64,000 nt of DNA from Terriglobia bacterium (GCA_963666975.2 CAXVYR010000004.1:1792001-1856000), one strand, 5' to 3'. Positions 40,483 through 49,886 are shown, counted from the first letter of the stretch. A program made the numbers and translations. Notes: generated from the sequence alone by a model not told the origin.

Positions 40483-40541
40483 TTGACAGAAAAAAGGGGA
40501 TCGCCTACGCTGATAAGGAACACTTAGAACGAACGTTCGAT
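40483..40541 (+). promoter_or_regulatory. Sigma70 promoter and palindromic operator upstream of the TetR gene
   Basis: TTGACA (40483-88)-17 nt-TACGCT (40506-11); CGAACGTTCG palindrome at 40530-39. Confidence 0.65.
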
Positions 40542-40551
40542 AAACATCCTC

Positions 40552-41244
40552 ATGGCACCCTCGACGCTGGCCCAGTCTCAATCCGCTCCTTCCCCGCCCA
40601 ATAAATATGACCGGCGGCTGGGAGAGATTCTCCATCATGCCAGCGCCGTCTTCTGCGACAAGGGTTTCGCGGCGGCCTCGATCCGCGATATCTCGCGGGT
40701 GAGCGGAACCAGCCTGGCAGGGCTGTACTATTATTTCAAAAGCAAAGACCACCTCCTTTTCCTAATACAGCAGGAAGCATTCCTGACCCTGATCCGCACG
40801 CTGGAGGAAAAACTCGCCGGGGTTTCTGACCCGGAGCAGGCGATCCGGATGTTTGTGGAGAATCATCTGGAACATTTCGTGGGCGACCCGAAGCGGGCGA
40901 AAGTTCTCTCGCATGAGTCCGACACCCTCAAGGGGCCGTATCAGTCCGAGATCGCCGCGCTGAAGAAAAAGTATTACCGCCAATGTCTGACGATCCTGGA
41001 GCAATTCCAGGCGGCCCGGCAACTGCGAGGCATCAACACCAGGCTGGCCATTCTGAGCTTGTTCGGGATGATGAACTGGATCTACACCTGGTACAACCCT
41101 CGTGTGGACGGCGACTGGAAAGAGGTCGCGGGCCAGATGTCCTCCACATTCCTGCGAGGAGTGCTGGGAGCCGACGGCAATTCCAAGCCTGCTCCGCAGC
41201 GGAAGCAGGGCGGGTCGCAGGGGGGCAGGCGCTCTTTTTCATAG
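40552..41244 (+). CDS. TetR/AcrR family transcriptional regulator
   Basis: F..KGFAAASIRDIS...SLAGLYYYFKSKD; GMMNWIYTWY C-terminal motif. Confidence 0.93.
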   Translation: MAPSTLAQSQSAPSPPNKYDRRLGEILHHASAVFCDKGFAAASIRDISRVSGTSLAGLYYYFKSKDHLLFLIQQEAFLTLIRTLEEKLAGVSDPEQAIRMFVENHLEHFVGDPKRAKVLSHESDTLKGPYQSEIAALKKKYYRQCLTILEQFQAARQLRGINTRLAILSLFGMMNWIYTWYNPRVDGDWKEVAGQMSSTFLRGVLGADGNSKPAPQRKQGGSQGGRRSFS

Positions 41245-41250
41245 GTCCTT

Positions 41251-42000
41251 ATGGAACCCTACACGCTATCGGAATTAATGGTGGTGGCCGCAGCGCGGGA
41301 GATCCACGATGGGGACATCGTTTTTGTCGGCATGCGGCTGCCGTTGCTGGCCTATGTGGTGGCCAAAAGCAGCCACGCCCCCCGCGCCGTGGGTGTCTTT
41401 GAAAACGGAGTGTTGCGCAGCACTCCCGCGCGGGAGCTGTTGTTTACCATGTCGGACTGCCCCAACATCACCGGCGCTCTGTCCTGCTTCAGCATGCTGG
41501 AGTGCATGGCTTTGCTGCAGCAAGGCCGCGTGAGCCTGGGATTCCTGGGGGCGGCGGAGGTGGACCGGCACGGGAACTTGAACTCCACCGAGGTCGGCAA
41601 CCACAAGGGGAGCATCGTGCGCCTGCCGGGAAGCGGCGGAGCTTCCGACATTGCCGCGCTCTCGCGTCGCTATGTCGCCCTGCTCAACCATGACAAAGCG
41701 CGCCTGCCGGAGAAGGTCCATTACATCACCAGCCCCGGTTACGGTCCCTGGCGGCAGAGCGGCAGACTCAAGCAAGGAGGCCCCGAGGCCGTCATCACCA
41801 CCAAAGCCGTGCTGCGCTTTTCGCCCGAAGGAGAAGCCTACCTCGACTCCTGCCATCCGGGGGGCACGGTAGAAGACGTTTTGGCCCATACCGGCTGGCC
41901 GCTGGCTGTTGCGCCGCGGGTGAAAAAAACGCCGGTGCCCAGCAAGCGGGAGATGCGAGTGATCCGCTCCTACGACCCGGAGCATTTTTGGACGAAATAG
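41251..42000 (+). CDS. Family I CoA-transferase beta subunit (glutaconate CoA-transferase B-like)
   Basis: VFVGMRLP, FENG, GAAEVDRHGNLNST, RLPGSGGASD. Confidence 0.88.
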   Translation: MEPYTLSELMVVAAAREIHDGDIVFVGMRLPLLAYVVAKSSHAPRAVGVFENGVLRSTPARELLFTMSDCPNITGALSCFSMLECMALLQQGRVSLGFLGAAEVDRHGNLNSTEVGNHKGSIVRLPGSGGASDIAALSRRYVALLNHDKARLPEKVHYITSPGYGPWRQSGRLKQGGPEAVITTKAVLRFSPEGEAYLDSCHPGGTVEDVLAHTGWPLAVAPRVKKTPVPSKREMRVIRSYDPEHFWTK

Positions 42001-42010
42001 TCTCATATCC

Positions 42011-42034
42011 GAGCCGCGACCGTCAGGGAGCGGG
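42011..42034. repeat. REP-like palindrome
   Basis: GAGCCGCGACCGTCAGGGAGCGG; second copy near 59148 (GAGCCGCGACCGCCAGGGAGCGG). Confidence 0.6.
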
Positions 42035-42182
42035 TTCACTCAGTGACGAGTGACAAGTGATGAGTGGCAAGCAAGAACAGTGCTGCTACGAATGTTTCCC
42101 GTCACTGATCACTCAATACTGATCACTTTTTTGTCGATGGAGGCGGGCCATCGAATCGTTATTGGCCGATTAAGGAGGCACG

Positions 42183-42962
42183 ATGGCTGCACAAAACTAC
42201 CAAACGATTCAAGTGGACAGGCTGGGCCCGGTCTATTCGATTACATTAAACAAACCGCCTTTGAACATCATCGACCTGGCGATGATCGAGGAACTCTGCA
42301 CCGTCCTGCGGGAGGTGGAGAGCGAGCCGGATATCCAGGTGATTGTTTTTCGCGGCGCGGGCAAGAAGGGGTTTTCCGCCGGTGTCAGCATCCAAGACCA
42401 TACGCCGGACCGCGCCCCCAGCGTGATTCCCCGTTTTGACGACATCTTCCGCCTGCTGGCGAAGACCGACAAAGTGACCGTCGCGGCCGTGCACGGCATT
42501 TGTCTGGGGGGAGGCTGCGAGCTGGCGACCATGTGCGATCTGATCATTGCGGCCGAGACTGCCAAATTCGGACAGCCGGAGATCAAGCTGGGCCAGCCGC
42601 CGCCGGTCGGGCTGATCCTGATGCCGTATTTGATGGGATACCGCAAGGCCGCCGAGCTGCTGTTCACCGGCGCAAGTATCGGCGCGAGCGAAGCGCTGTC
42701 GCTGGGGCTGGTGAACCGCGTGGTGCCCGAGGAGCAGTTGTCGCAGGCGCTGGAGGACCTCCTGCGCGAGATTACGGCACAGAGCGGAGCCATCCTGCGG
42801 CATACCAAGAACATGTTGCGCCGGGCCGCCGGGCTCGATTTTGAGAAGGCCTTGCAGGAGAGCGAAGACTATTTTGTCCAGACGATTCTGAAAACCGAGG
42901 ACGCCAAGGAAGGGGTCTTCGCTTTTCTCGAAAAGCGCGCCCCGCAGTGGACTCATCGTTGA
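42183..42962 (+). CDS. Enoyl-CoA hydratase/isomerase (cyclohexadienoyl-CoA hydratase-like)
   Basis: KPPLNI, FSAGV..DH, CLGGGCEL, FGQPEIKLG, DAKEGV-AFLEKR. Confidence 0.88.
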   Translation: MAAQNYQTIQVDRLGPVYSITLNKPPLNIIDLAMIEELCTVLREVESEPDIQVIVFRGAGKKGFSAGVSIQDHTPDRAPSVIPRFDDIFRLLAKTDKVTVAAVHGICLGGGCELATMCDLIIAAETAKFGQPEIKLGQPPPVGLILMPYLMGYRKAAELLFTGASIGASEALSLGLVNRVVPEEQLSQALEDLLREITAQSGAILRHTKNMLRRAAGLDFEKALQESEDYFVQTILKTEDAKEGVFAFLEKRAPQWTHR

Positions 42963-43013
42963 TATAGAGGTTGATATAGAAAGGCTGCTCTGTAGCTGGT
43001 CTAAAAAAAGCTG

Positions 43014-43952
43014 ATGCCGAAGAAAAGCAGCGCACAGGACGAAAAACTGTGTTCCCTGGAGGAGGCCATCCGCCGCCTGGTGCCGGATGGGTCAAGCGTC
43101 GCTATGGGTCTGCAACTGGAAAGCATGATTCCTTTTGCGGCAGGGCACGAGATCATCCGGCAGGGAAAGCGCGACCTCACCCTGGTTGGCCCCATCTCCG
43201 ATATTTTGTTCGACCAGATGATCGGAGCGGGCGCGGTCCGCAAGGTGGTGGCGGCCTGGGTAGGCAACGTGATGATGGGCTCGGCCTACAACTTCCGCCG
43301 GGCCGTGGAAGAAGGAGTTCCTCATCCGCTCGAGATGATCGACCACTCGAACTTCACCGTGGCGCTGGGGCTGCACGCCGCCGCCTTGGGCGTGCCGTTT
43401 CTGCCCACCTATACGGTCGGAGGCTCGGACCTGATCGGACGGAATCCCGACCTGGTGGAGTTTGAGGCTCCTTTCACGGGCGAGACCATGCGGGCCGTGC
43501 GCGCATTGCATCCCGACGTCGCCGTCATCCAGGCGCAACGGGCCGACAGGTATGGGAACACGCATTTGTGGGGAAACCTTGGCGTGGCCTCGGACGCGGC
43601 ACGAGCCGCGCGCCACGTGATTGTGGTCGCCGAGGAGATTGTTGATCCCAAGACGATTGCGAGCGATCCCAACCGGACCGTGATACCGGGCTTTCTGGTG
43701 GAGGTCGTGGCGGAGGTTCCCTTCGGGGCGCATCCGTCTCCCGTCCAGGGTTATTACAACCGCGACAACAACTACTACAGTGAGTACCACCGCCAGACCA
43801 AGACCGTTCCGGACTTTCAGTCCTGGCTTGAGCGCTGGGTTCGCGGCGTGAAGGATCGCCATGGCTACCTGGAGCACCTTGGCGCAGAACGGGTGGAAGG
43901 GCTGAAGGTGCGCAAGCGGGCGCTGGCGGCCCGGACCGATTTTGGGCACTAG
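43014..43952 (+). CDS. Family I CoA-transferase alpha subunit (glutaconate CoA-transferase A-like)
   Basis: IPFAAGHEIIRQGKRDLTL, PDVAVIQAQRADRYGN, GAHPS..QGYY.RD. Confidence 0.88.
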   Translation: MPKKSSAQDEKLCSLEEAIRRLVPDGSSVAMGLQLESMIPFAAGHEIIRQGKRDLTLVGPISDILFDQMIGAGAVRKVVAAWVGNVMMGSAYNFRRAVEEGVPHPLEMIDHSNFTVALGLHAAALGVPFLPTYTVGGSDLIGRNPDLVEFEAPFTGETMRAVRALHPDVAVIQAQRADRYGNTHLWGNLGVASDAARAARHVIVVAEEIVDPKTIASDPNRTVIPGFLVEVVAEVPFGAHPSPVQGYYNRDNNYYSEYHRQTKTVPDFQSWLERWVRGVKDRHGYLEHLGAERVEGLKVRKRALAARTDFGH

Positions 43953-44008
43953 CGGAGCCTGCCAGTTCAGCTTGCAAGGGATAGTCGGCGACTCCTATAC
44001 TGGTGTCA

Positions 44009-44307
44009 GTGAAGCTTCGTTTCTACCTCGATTCCGCAACGGGTCAGCCGCACATCTGGAATCACGATGTGGATGGGAAAGAGGTGAAGGAGGTCTTGAC
44101 GAATCCGGGAGAAGATCGTCCGGGGCAGGACGGCTCCCGCGTAGCAATTGGCCGGACGGCGAGCGGACGACACCTAAAAGACGATACCTAAAAGTCGTTT
44201 ACGTTCGCGACCAGAACCCGGGTAGTGTTTTCGTCATTACGGCCTACGAGCTTCGAGGTAAACCCCTTCTGGCCTATCGCAGGCGGCGAAGGAGAAAACG
44301 CCCATGA
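44009..44307 (+). pseudogene. BrnT/DUF4258-like TA toxin, frameshifted by a 14-bp tandem duplication
   Basis: MKLRFYLD...PHIWNH...GRTASGR in one frame, YLKVVYV...VFVITAYEL in another; duplication 44166-79 / 44180-93. Confidence 0.8.
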
Positions 44308-44564
44308 AACGAAACCGATTCCCAACTGGCTGGAATGAAGCCAGGGTTCGAAGAGTATTGGAGCATTACGAGGAGCAAGCGGAGGAGGAGGCGGTGGCAG
44401 AAGACGAGGCCTCATTCCAGTTGCGCAGCCAGACCGTGATGGTGGTGCCCAAACGCTTGGTTCCGGAAATCACGCGATTGATAGAGAAACGGCGTTCCCG
44501 GCGTCCAGCACGCCCGGCCAGGCCGAACAACCGCTTGCAGCCGGCCGCCCGGAAGCAAAGCTGA
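44304..44564 (+). CDS. Putative antitoxin
   Basis: FPTGWNEARVRRVLEHYEEQAEEEAVAEDEA..VP..LVP; overlaps toxin stop (ATGA). Confidence 0.78.
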   Translation: MKRNRFPTGWNEARVRRVLEHYEEQAEEEAVAEDEASFQLRSQTVMVVPKRLVPEITRLIEKRRSRRPARPARPNNRLQPAARKQS

Positions 44565-44626
44565 GTAGCCACGACAGCCTGCCGGTGTTGGTTCCGCCGG
44601 AGAAGCCGATCCGTGAGAAGCGAAGG

Positions 44627-45178
44627 ATGAAACAAAGCAGGTCCAGGAAGAAGGTTCGTGAGCAGAAGAAGGCCCACATGACCCTGCGTGTGAACGGGGA
44701 GTTGGCGGAGGTCGCCTTCGCTCCGCACAAGACGCTGCTGGAAGTGCTGCGCGAGGACATGGGGCTCACCGGCACCAAGCACGGCTGCGAGCTGGGCGAG
44801 TGCGGAACCTGTGCCGTGTTGGTCAACGGCCAGCCGGTGCTCTCCTGCTTGGCGCTCACGGTGGCCCTGGAGGGGCATGAGATCACCACCATTGAGGGAA
44901 TGGCCCAGGGTCCCGATCTGCATCCTCTGCAAACGGCCTTTGCCGATCTCGGCGCGGCGCAGTGCGGGTATTGCACGCCGGGAATTTTGCTGACGGCCCA
45001 AGCGTTGCTCGAGCAGGTTCCACGGCCTTCCCTCGAGCAGATTCAGCAGGCCTTGGCCGGAAACCTGTGCCGTTGCACGGGCTACATTAAGATTTACGAA
45101 GCCGTGGAGTTGGCCGCCGCCCGCATGGCGGGCGAACCGGCCGAGCCTCGCAAGGAGAGCGTTTATGGCTGGGAATAA
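44627..45178 (+). CDS. hcrC: 4-hydroxybenzoyl-CoA reductase gamma ([2Fe-2S]) subunit
   Basis: TGTKHGCELGECGTC, QCGYCTPG, GNLCRCTGY; adjacent to alpha and beta subunits. Confidence 0.8.
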   Translation: MKQSRSRKKVREQKKAHMTLRVNGELAEVAFAPHKTLLEVLREDMGLTGTKHGCELGECGTCAVLVNGQPVLSCLALTVALEGHEITTIEGMAQGPDLHPLQTAFADLGAAQCGYCTPGILLTAQALLEQVPRPSLEQIQQALAGNLCRCTGYIKIYEAVELAAARMAGEPAEPRKESVYGWE

Positions 45179-47606
45179 CGGAAGCAAAGCAAACGGTCTG
45201 AAGGTGGTCGGCAAGCCATGGAAAAAGGTGGACGCCGCCGAAAAGTGCACGGGGCAGACCAAATTTGCCGACGACATTTTTCTTCCGCGCATGCTCCACT
45301 GCAAGCTTCTGCGCAGCACGGTTCCTCACGCCCTCATTCAGAACATTGACGCCTCCCAGGCCGTGAAGTCCCCCGGCGTTAAGGCCGTGCTCCTGGGGAG
45401 GGATCTGCCGACCCTGTACGGCATCATGCCGGTGGCCCAGGATGAATACGCCTTGGCCGTTGACAAAGTCCGCATGGTGGGCGATCCCGTCGCCGCCGTT
45501 GCCGCCCTGGACGAAGATGCGGCCACCGAAGCCGTGGACCGGATCGATGTCGAGTATGAGCTTCTCCCCGCCATCGCCTCGATCCAGGAAGCTCTGGACA
45601 ACCCCGAACCGCGCATCCATGAATACGGCGAATACGGCAACGTCCATCGCAGAATCGCTTACGAGTTTGGCGACATGGAAGCGGGTTTTGCCGAGGCAGA
45701 CTTCATTCGGGAAGACACCTGTTTTTACGAAGGCAACACGCACCTGCCGCTGGAACAGCACGCCAGCGTGGCCCGGTTCAGCCATGACGGCAAGCTCACG
45801 CTATGGAGCTCTACGCAGAACCCGCACTATCTGCATCGCACCCTGGCCAAAGTGCTGGGCCTCGCCGCCAGCCATGTTCGCGTCATTGCCACTCCCTGCG
45901 GCGGAGGTTTCGGAGGCAAGTGCGACCCCTTTAACCACGATATTGTCGTCTCGAAACTGGCCATGATGACCGGCCGCCCGGTGAAGATTTGCCTCACGCG
46001 GGAAGAGGTCTTTTACTGCCACCGGGGACGGCATCCCGTCCTGATGCGCACCAAAACCGGCTTCAAGAAGGACGGCGCCATCACCGCCATGCATCACCGC
46101 ACCTTCGTAGACGGCGGCTCCTACGGCGGCCACGGCGTCGCCAGCACCTTCTACACCGGCGTCTTGCAGCCCACCACTTACAAGATTGGGCGGTACAAAT
46201 TCGACGGCGTGCGCGTCTTCACCAACAAGGCCCCTTGCGGTCCCAAGCGCGGCCACGGCACTCCGCAGCCCCGCTTCGCCCAGGAAGTCCAGATGGACAA
46301 GATCGCCGAGCAGTTGGGAATGGACCCGGCGGAGCTTCGGAAGCGCCATCTGGTGGAGCCGAATTCGATTACCGCCAACTGGCTGCGCATCGGCACCATA
46401 GGCCTGGGCAAGTGCATCGACAAGGTTCTGGAAGGCTCCGGCTGGAAGGATCGGTTCCGCAAGATGCCCCACGGAAAGGGACTGGGCCTCGCGTGCAGCG
46501 CCTACATGACCGGGGCCGGAACGGCCATCTACTGGAACAGCATGCCCCATTCCGGCGTGCAGTTGAAGCTCGACCGCAGCGGCCTCGTCGCCGTCTTTTG
46601 CGGCACCACGGAGATCGGCCAGGGGTCGGATTCGATGCTGGCTTATATCGTCGCCGAAGTGCTCGGCATCGATCCTTTTGACATCCGCGTAGTCACCTCC
46701 GACACCGACATCACTCCGGTAGACCTCGGCAGCTATTCGAGCCGCGTCACCCTCATGGCCGGCAATGCCGCCGTGCAGGCCGCCGAGCGCGCCAAGGATT
46801 ACCTGGCCCAGGCGGTCGCGGAGAAGCTGGAGGTTCCGGCCAGCCGTCTCGGCTTCGCGGAGCGCCGCGTCTACGATCTGGAGAGCCCGGACAAAGGCGT
46901 GAGCTTTATCGAGGCCGTGGAGCTTGCCGAGACGAAGTTCGGCACGCTGGGCACGACCGGCTCCTACAAGCCTCCGAAAGCGCCCGGCAAGTTCAAAGGC
47001 TCCGGCGTGGGGCCGTCCCCGGCCTACAGCTATTGCGCAGCGGTCGCCGAGGTGGACGTCAACCCGGAGACCGGATGGGTAAAGGTCAATCGCATCTGGA
47101 TGGCCCATGATGGAGGCCAGTCGATCAACCCCGTGCTGGTCATGGGCCAGGTGGAAGGCAGCATTTACATGGGCCTGGGAGAGGCTTTGATGGAGGAGAT
47201 GGTCTACCGGGGCAACCGCAACGTGGTCCACAAGTTCCCCTCCATGCTGGAGTACAAGAGTCCGACCACGCTTGAAATGTGCGACGTCGTCACCTATCTA
47301 CTCGAGGACCGCGAGCCGAACGGGCCGTTCGGGGCTAAGGAGGCCGGACAGGGGCCGTTGCTGCCGGTGCCGCCGGCGGTTGCTAACGCCGTCTATGACG
47401 CCGTGGGCGTGCGGATCGATGAGGTCCCCATCACGCCGGAAAAGGTGCTGAAGGCGATCCGTACAAAGGCCAAGGGCCAGGAAGGCCGCTACGGGCCTCT
47501 CACATTCCCGGAGTGTGAAATGCCCGCTCCCATTACCGTGCCCACGCCCCAGGAGGGCGGCGACGGCAAGGCCGTGGTTCGCGAGCCGGTGGTGGAGCAA
47601 AAGTAG
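45165..47606 (+). CDS. hcrA: 4-hydroxybenzoyl-CoA reductase alpha (molybdopterin) subunit, xanthine dehydrogenase family
   Basis: GGGFGGK, HRGRHP, GPKRGHG, EIGQG, DLGSYSSRVT, GPFGAKEAG. Confidence 0.8.
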   Translation: MAGNNGSKANGLKVVGKPWKKVDAAEKCTGQTKFADDIFLPRMLHCKLLRSTVPHALIQNIDASQAVKSPGVKAVLLGRDLPTLYGIMPVAQDEYALAVDKVRMVGDPVAAVAALDEDAATEAVDRIDVEYELLPAIASIQEALDNPEPRIHEYGEYGNVHRRIAYEFGDMEAGFAEADFIREDTCFYEGNTHLPLEQHASVARFSHDGKLTLWSSTQNPHYLHRTLAKVLGLAASHVRVIATPCGGGFGGKCDPFNHDIVVSKLAMMTGRPVKICLTREEVFYCHRGRHPVLMRTKTGFKKDGAITAMHHRTFVDGGSYGGHGVASTFYTGVLQPTTYKIGRYKFDGVRVFTNKAPCGPKRGHGTPQPRFAQEVQMDKIAEQLGMDPAELRKRHLVEPNSITANWLRIGTIGLGKCIDKVLEGSGWKDRFRKMPHGKGLGLACSAYMTGAGTAIYWNSMPHSGVQLKLDRSGLVAVFCGTTEIGQGSDSMLAYIVAEVLGIDPFDIRVVTSDTDITPVDLGSYSSRVTLMAGNAAVQAAERAKDYLAQAVAEKLEVPASRLGFAERRVYDLESPDKGVSFIEAVELAETKFGTLGTTGSYKPPKAPGKFKGSGVGPSPAYSYCAAVAEVDVNPETGWVKVNRIWMAHDGGQSINPVLVMGQVEGSIYMGLGEALMEEMVYRGNRNVVHKFPSMLEYKSPTTLEMCDVVTYLLEDREPNGPFGAKEAGQGPLLPVPPAVANAVYDAVGVRIDEVPITPEKVLKAIRTKAKGQEGRYGPLTFPECEMPAPITVPTPQEGGDGKAVVREPVVEQK

Positions 47607-47633
47607 GGCAATTCATCAGAAAAGCAACTATCC

Positions 47634-48641
47634 ATGCTCAGACTTCCTAAATTTACCTACCTCCAGCCGAAGACGGTCTCTGAGGCCGTCCGCATGATGG
47701 CTGACGCCGGGCCGGAGGCGATGTTTGTGGCCGGAGGCACGGACCTCTATCCCAACATGAAGCGGCGGCAGCAGACCCCGCAGATCGTCATCGGCCTCGC
47801 GCAACTGGACCGGCTCCGCACCATCAAAGGAAAGCCGGCAGAGGGGATGGTTCTGGGGGCCGGAGCGACGTTGACCGAGGTTTCCGAGAACCGCCGTATT
47901 CGGCGCGCCTACCCGGTCCTGGCCAATGCCGCCGAGCTGATCTCCACCCCGCTGCTGCGCAATATGGGCAGCATTGGAGGGAACCTGCTGCTCGATACCC
48001 GCTGCAATTACTACAACCAGAACTACGAGTGGCGCAAGGCGATTCATTTCTGCATGAAAAAGGACGGGGAAATCTGCTGGGTGGCTCCTTCCAGCCCCCG
48101 CTGCTGGGCCGTCCAGTCGAGCGACTGCGCCCCGGTGATGGTGGCCATTGGCGCCAAGGTAAAGCTGGTTTCGCGCGAAGGCGATAGGCTGATTTCTGCG
48201 GCGGAGCTATACAACAACGACGGGATCGAACATCTGCGGAAACGTCCCGACGAATTGCTAACCGAGATTCACCTGCCGCCCACCAATGGCTGGCTGGCGA
48301 CTTACTGGAAACTGCGCCGTCGAGGCTCGTTTGACTTCCCGGTCCTGGGTGTTGCGTCCTGCCTGCGCCTGGCGGGCGACGGCACAGTGGAGGACGCCAA
48401 GATTATCCTGGGCGGGGTCGGCCCCTCACCCCTGGAGGCGGTAGCCGCCCAAAAGGCGATTGTCGGAAAAAAGTTGACTGAGCAAACCATTAGCGAGGCG
48501 GCGGCGGCGGCATATCCGGTAGCCAAGCCGCTCGACAACACGGACTTTGCCATGACCTGGCGGAAGGACATGGCACGGTATTACGTCTCCGGAACTTTGC
48601 GCGAACTGGCGGGCTTGTCGCCGAACGGTTCTGCAGGTTGA
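47634..48641 (+). CDS. hcrB: 4-hydroxybenzoyl-CoA reductase beta (FAD) subunit
   Basis: AGGTDL..N, RNMGSIGGN, and the HcrB-type [4Fe-4S] insertion DTRCNYYNQ..WR....CMK..G.ICWV.....C. Confidence 0.85.
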   Translation: MLRLPKFTYLQPKTVSEAVRMMADAGPEAMFVAGGTDLYPNMKRRQQTPQIVIGLAQLDRLRTIKGKPAEGMVLGAGATLTEVSENRRIRRAYPVLANAAELISTPLLRNMGSIGGNLLLDTRCNYYNQNYEWRKAIHFCMKKDGEICWVAPSSPRCWAVQSSDCAPVMVAIGAKVKLVSREGDRLISAAELYNNDGIEHLRKRPDELLTEIHLPPTNGWLATYWKLRRRGSFDFPVLGVASCLRLAGDGTVEDAKIILGGVGPSPLEAVAAQKAIVGKKLTEQTISEAAAAAYPVAKPLDNTDFAMTWRKDMARYYVSGTLRELAGLSPNGSAG

Positions 48642-48699
48642 ATTTCCCCGCGCACAGATCGAAACGACTTCAAATTCAACTGCCATTTCCATACCTAAC

Positions 48700-49569
48700 A
48701 TGAGCACAAACAATCATCCAGTAATTGATGCGCACGCCCACATCTGCCCCATTCGCATGATCAAGCCGGGTCCCCTGGCCGAGTGGCACAAGACCTATGG
48801 CGACAAACTCGACAGCATTCGAGAGACTTTGGAGGATCCCAAGCTTTTGCTTCAGCACCTGGACCGCGAAGGGGTCGAGAAGGTGGTCTGCATCAACTAC
48901 ATCGCCCGCGACTTGTTCGGCTTCACCGATGAAGTCCACGACTATGTAGAAAATCTTTGCAAATACGCGCCGGATCGCCTGCTCCCCTGCGGGTCGGTGG
49001 ACCCGATCTATTCCACTGATTTGGCGCGGGACGCGGAAGACCTGATCTACCGGCGCAAAATGCGCCTGCTGAAAGTGCACGGACCTCATCAGGGATTTTC
49101 GCCTAATGCGTATCTGGACAGCATTCCGATGCTAGGCAAGGTCTATGCCATGGCCGAAGAGGCCGGGGTCCCCGTGATGTTCCACACCGGCACCTCCATC
49201 TTTCCCGGCGCCCGCAGCAAGTACGGCGACCCTATGACCATCGACGATATCGCCCTGGATTTCCCCAAGCTGAAGATCATCATGGCCCACGGTGGCCGTC
49301 CGTTGTGGATGGCGGAGGCATTTTTTCTGCTGCGCAGGCACACGAATGTCTACATGGACATCTCCGGCATTCCCCCGAAGCATCTGCTGCGCTATTTTCC
49401 GCGAATTGAAGAGGTTGCCGACAAGACCATGTTCGGGACCGACTGGCCTTCACCCGGCATCCCCGGCATGGCCGTCAACGCGGAACAAATCCGCCAGTTG
49501 CCCATCTCGGAGGAGGCCAAGCGCAAAATTCTCTACGACTCAGCGAACCGGTTGTTGTTTGCCGGCTGA
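48700..49569 (+). CDS. Amidohydrolase_2 family metal-dependent hydrolase/decarboxylase
   Basis: IDAHAH, FHTG, AHGG, DISG, FGTDWP. Confidence 0.88.
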   Translation: MSTNNHPVIDAHAHICPIRMIKPGPLAEWHKTYGDKLDSIRETLEDPKLLLQHLDREGVEKVVCINYIARDLFGFTDEVHDYVENLCKYAPDRLLPCGSVDPIYSTDLARDAEDLIYRRKMRLLKVHGPHQGFSPNAYLDSIPMLGKVYAMAEEAGVPVMFHTGTSIFPGARSKYGDPMTIDDIALDFPKLKIIMAHGGRPLWMAEAFFLLRRHTNVYMDISGIPPKHLLRYFPRIEEVADKTMFGTDWPSPGIPGMAVNAEQIRQLPISEEAKRKILYDSANRLLFAG

Positions 49570-49707
49570 AATCAAGGTGGCTAAGTATGGGCCAGCAAAC
49601 CGGCTATCTCTATTGCTGCCATACCGTTCCGCAGCAGTAATTTCCCTTGACAGCTCCCATGCGTTGGGCTTACCATTACATTTCAATTTAATAGATTCAG
49701 TCCCCTG

Positions 49708-49818
49708 AATCTTATCTAGAGTGGCTGAGGGAACAGGCCCGAAGAAGCCACGACAACCGGCGGTCCTCGTAAGCACCAGCCGGTGCCAATTCCTGCCCCG
49801 GAGGGGGCAGATGAGGTT
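49708..49818 (+). ncRNA. SAM-I (S-box) riboswitch
   Basis: CTTATCTAGAG-TGGCTGAGGGAACAGGCCC-GAAGAAGCCA-CAACC...GGTGCCAATTCCTG...AGATGAG consensus. Confidence 0.92.
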
Positions 49819-49842
49819 GGGGGAGGCGTTGCAGCAATTGAC

Positions 49843-49875
49843 ACCTCTTCCATGCGGAAGAGGTTTTTTGTTTTT
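49843..49875 (+). terminator. Riboswitch expression-platform terminator
   Basis: CCTCTTCC-atgc-GGAAGAGG followed by TTTTTTGTTTTT. Confidence 0.85.
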
Positions 49876-49886
49876 GGGAGGCGGTT

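Noticed and set aside
45801-47231. Long antisense ORFs (e.g. 476 aa here, 389 aa opposite lepA, 335 aa opposite leuS)
   Set aside because: Shadow ORFs expected from high-GC codon bias opposite well-supported genes.
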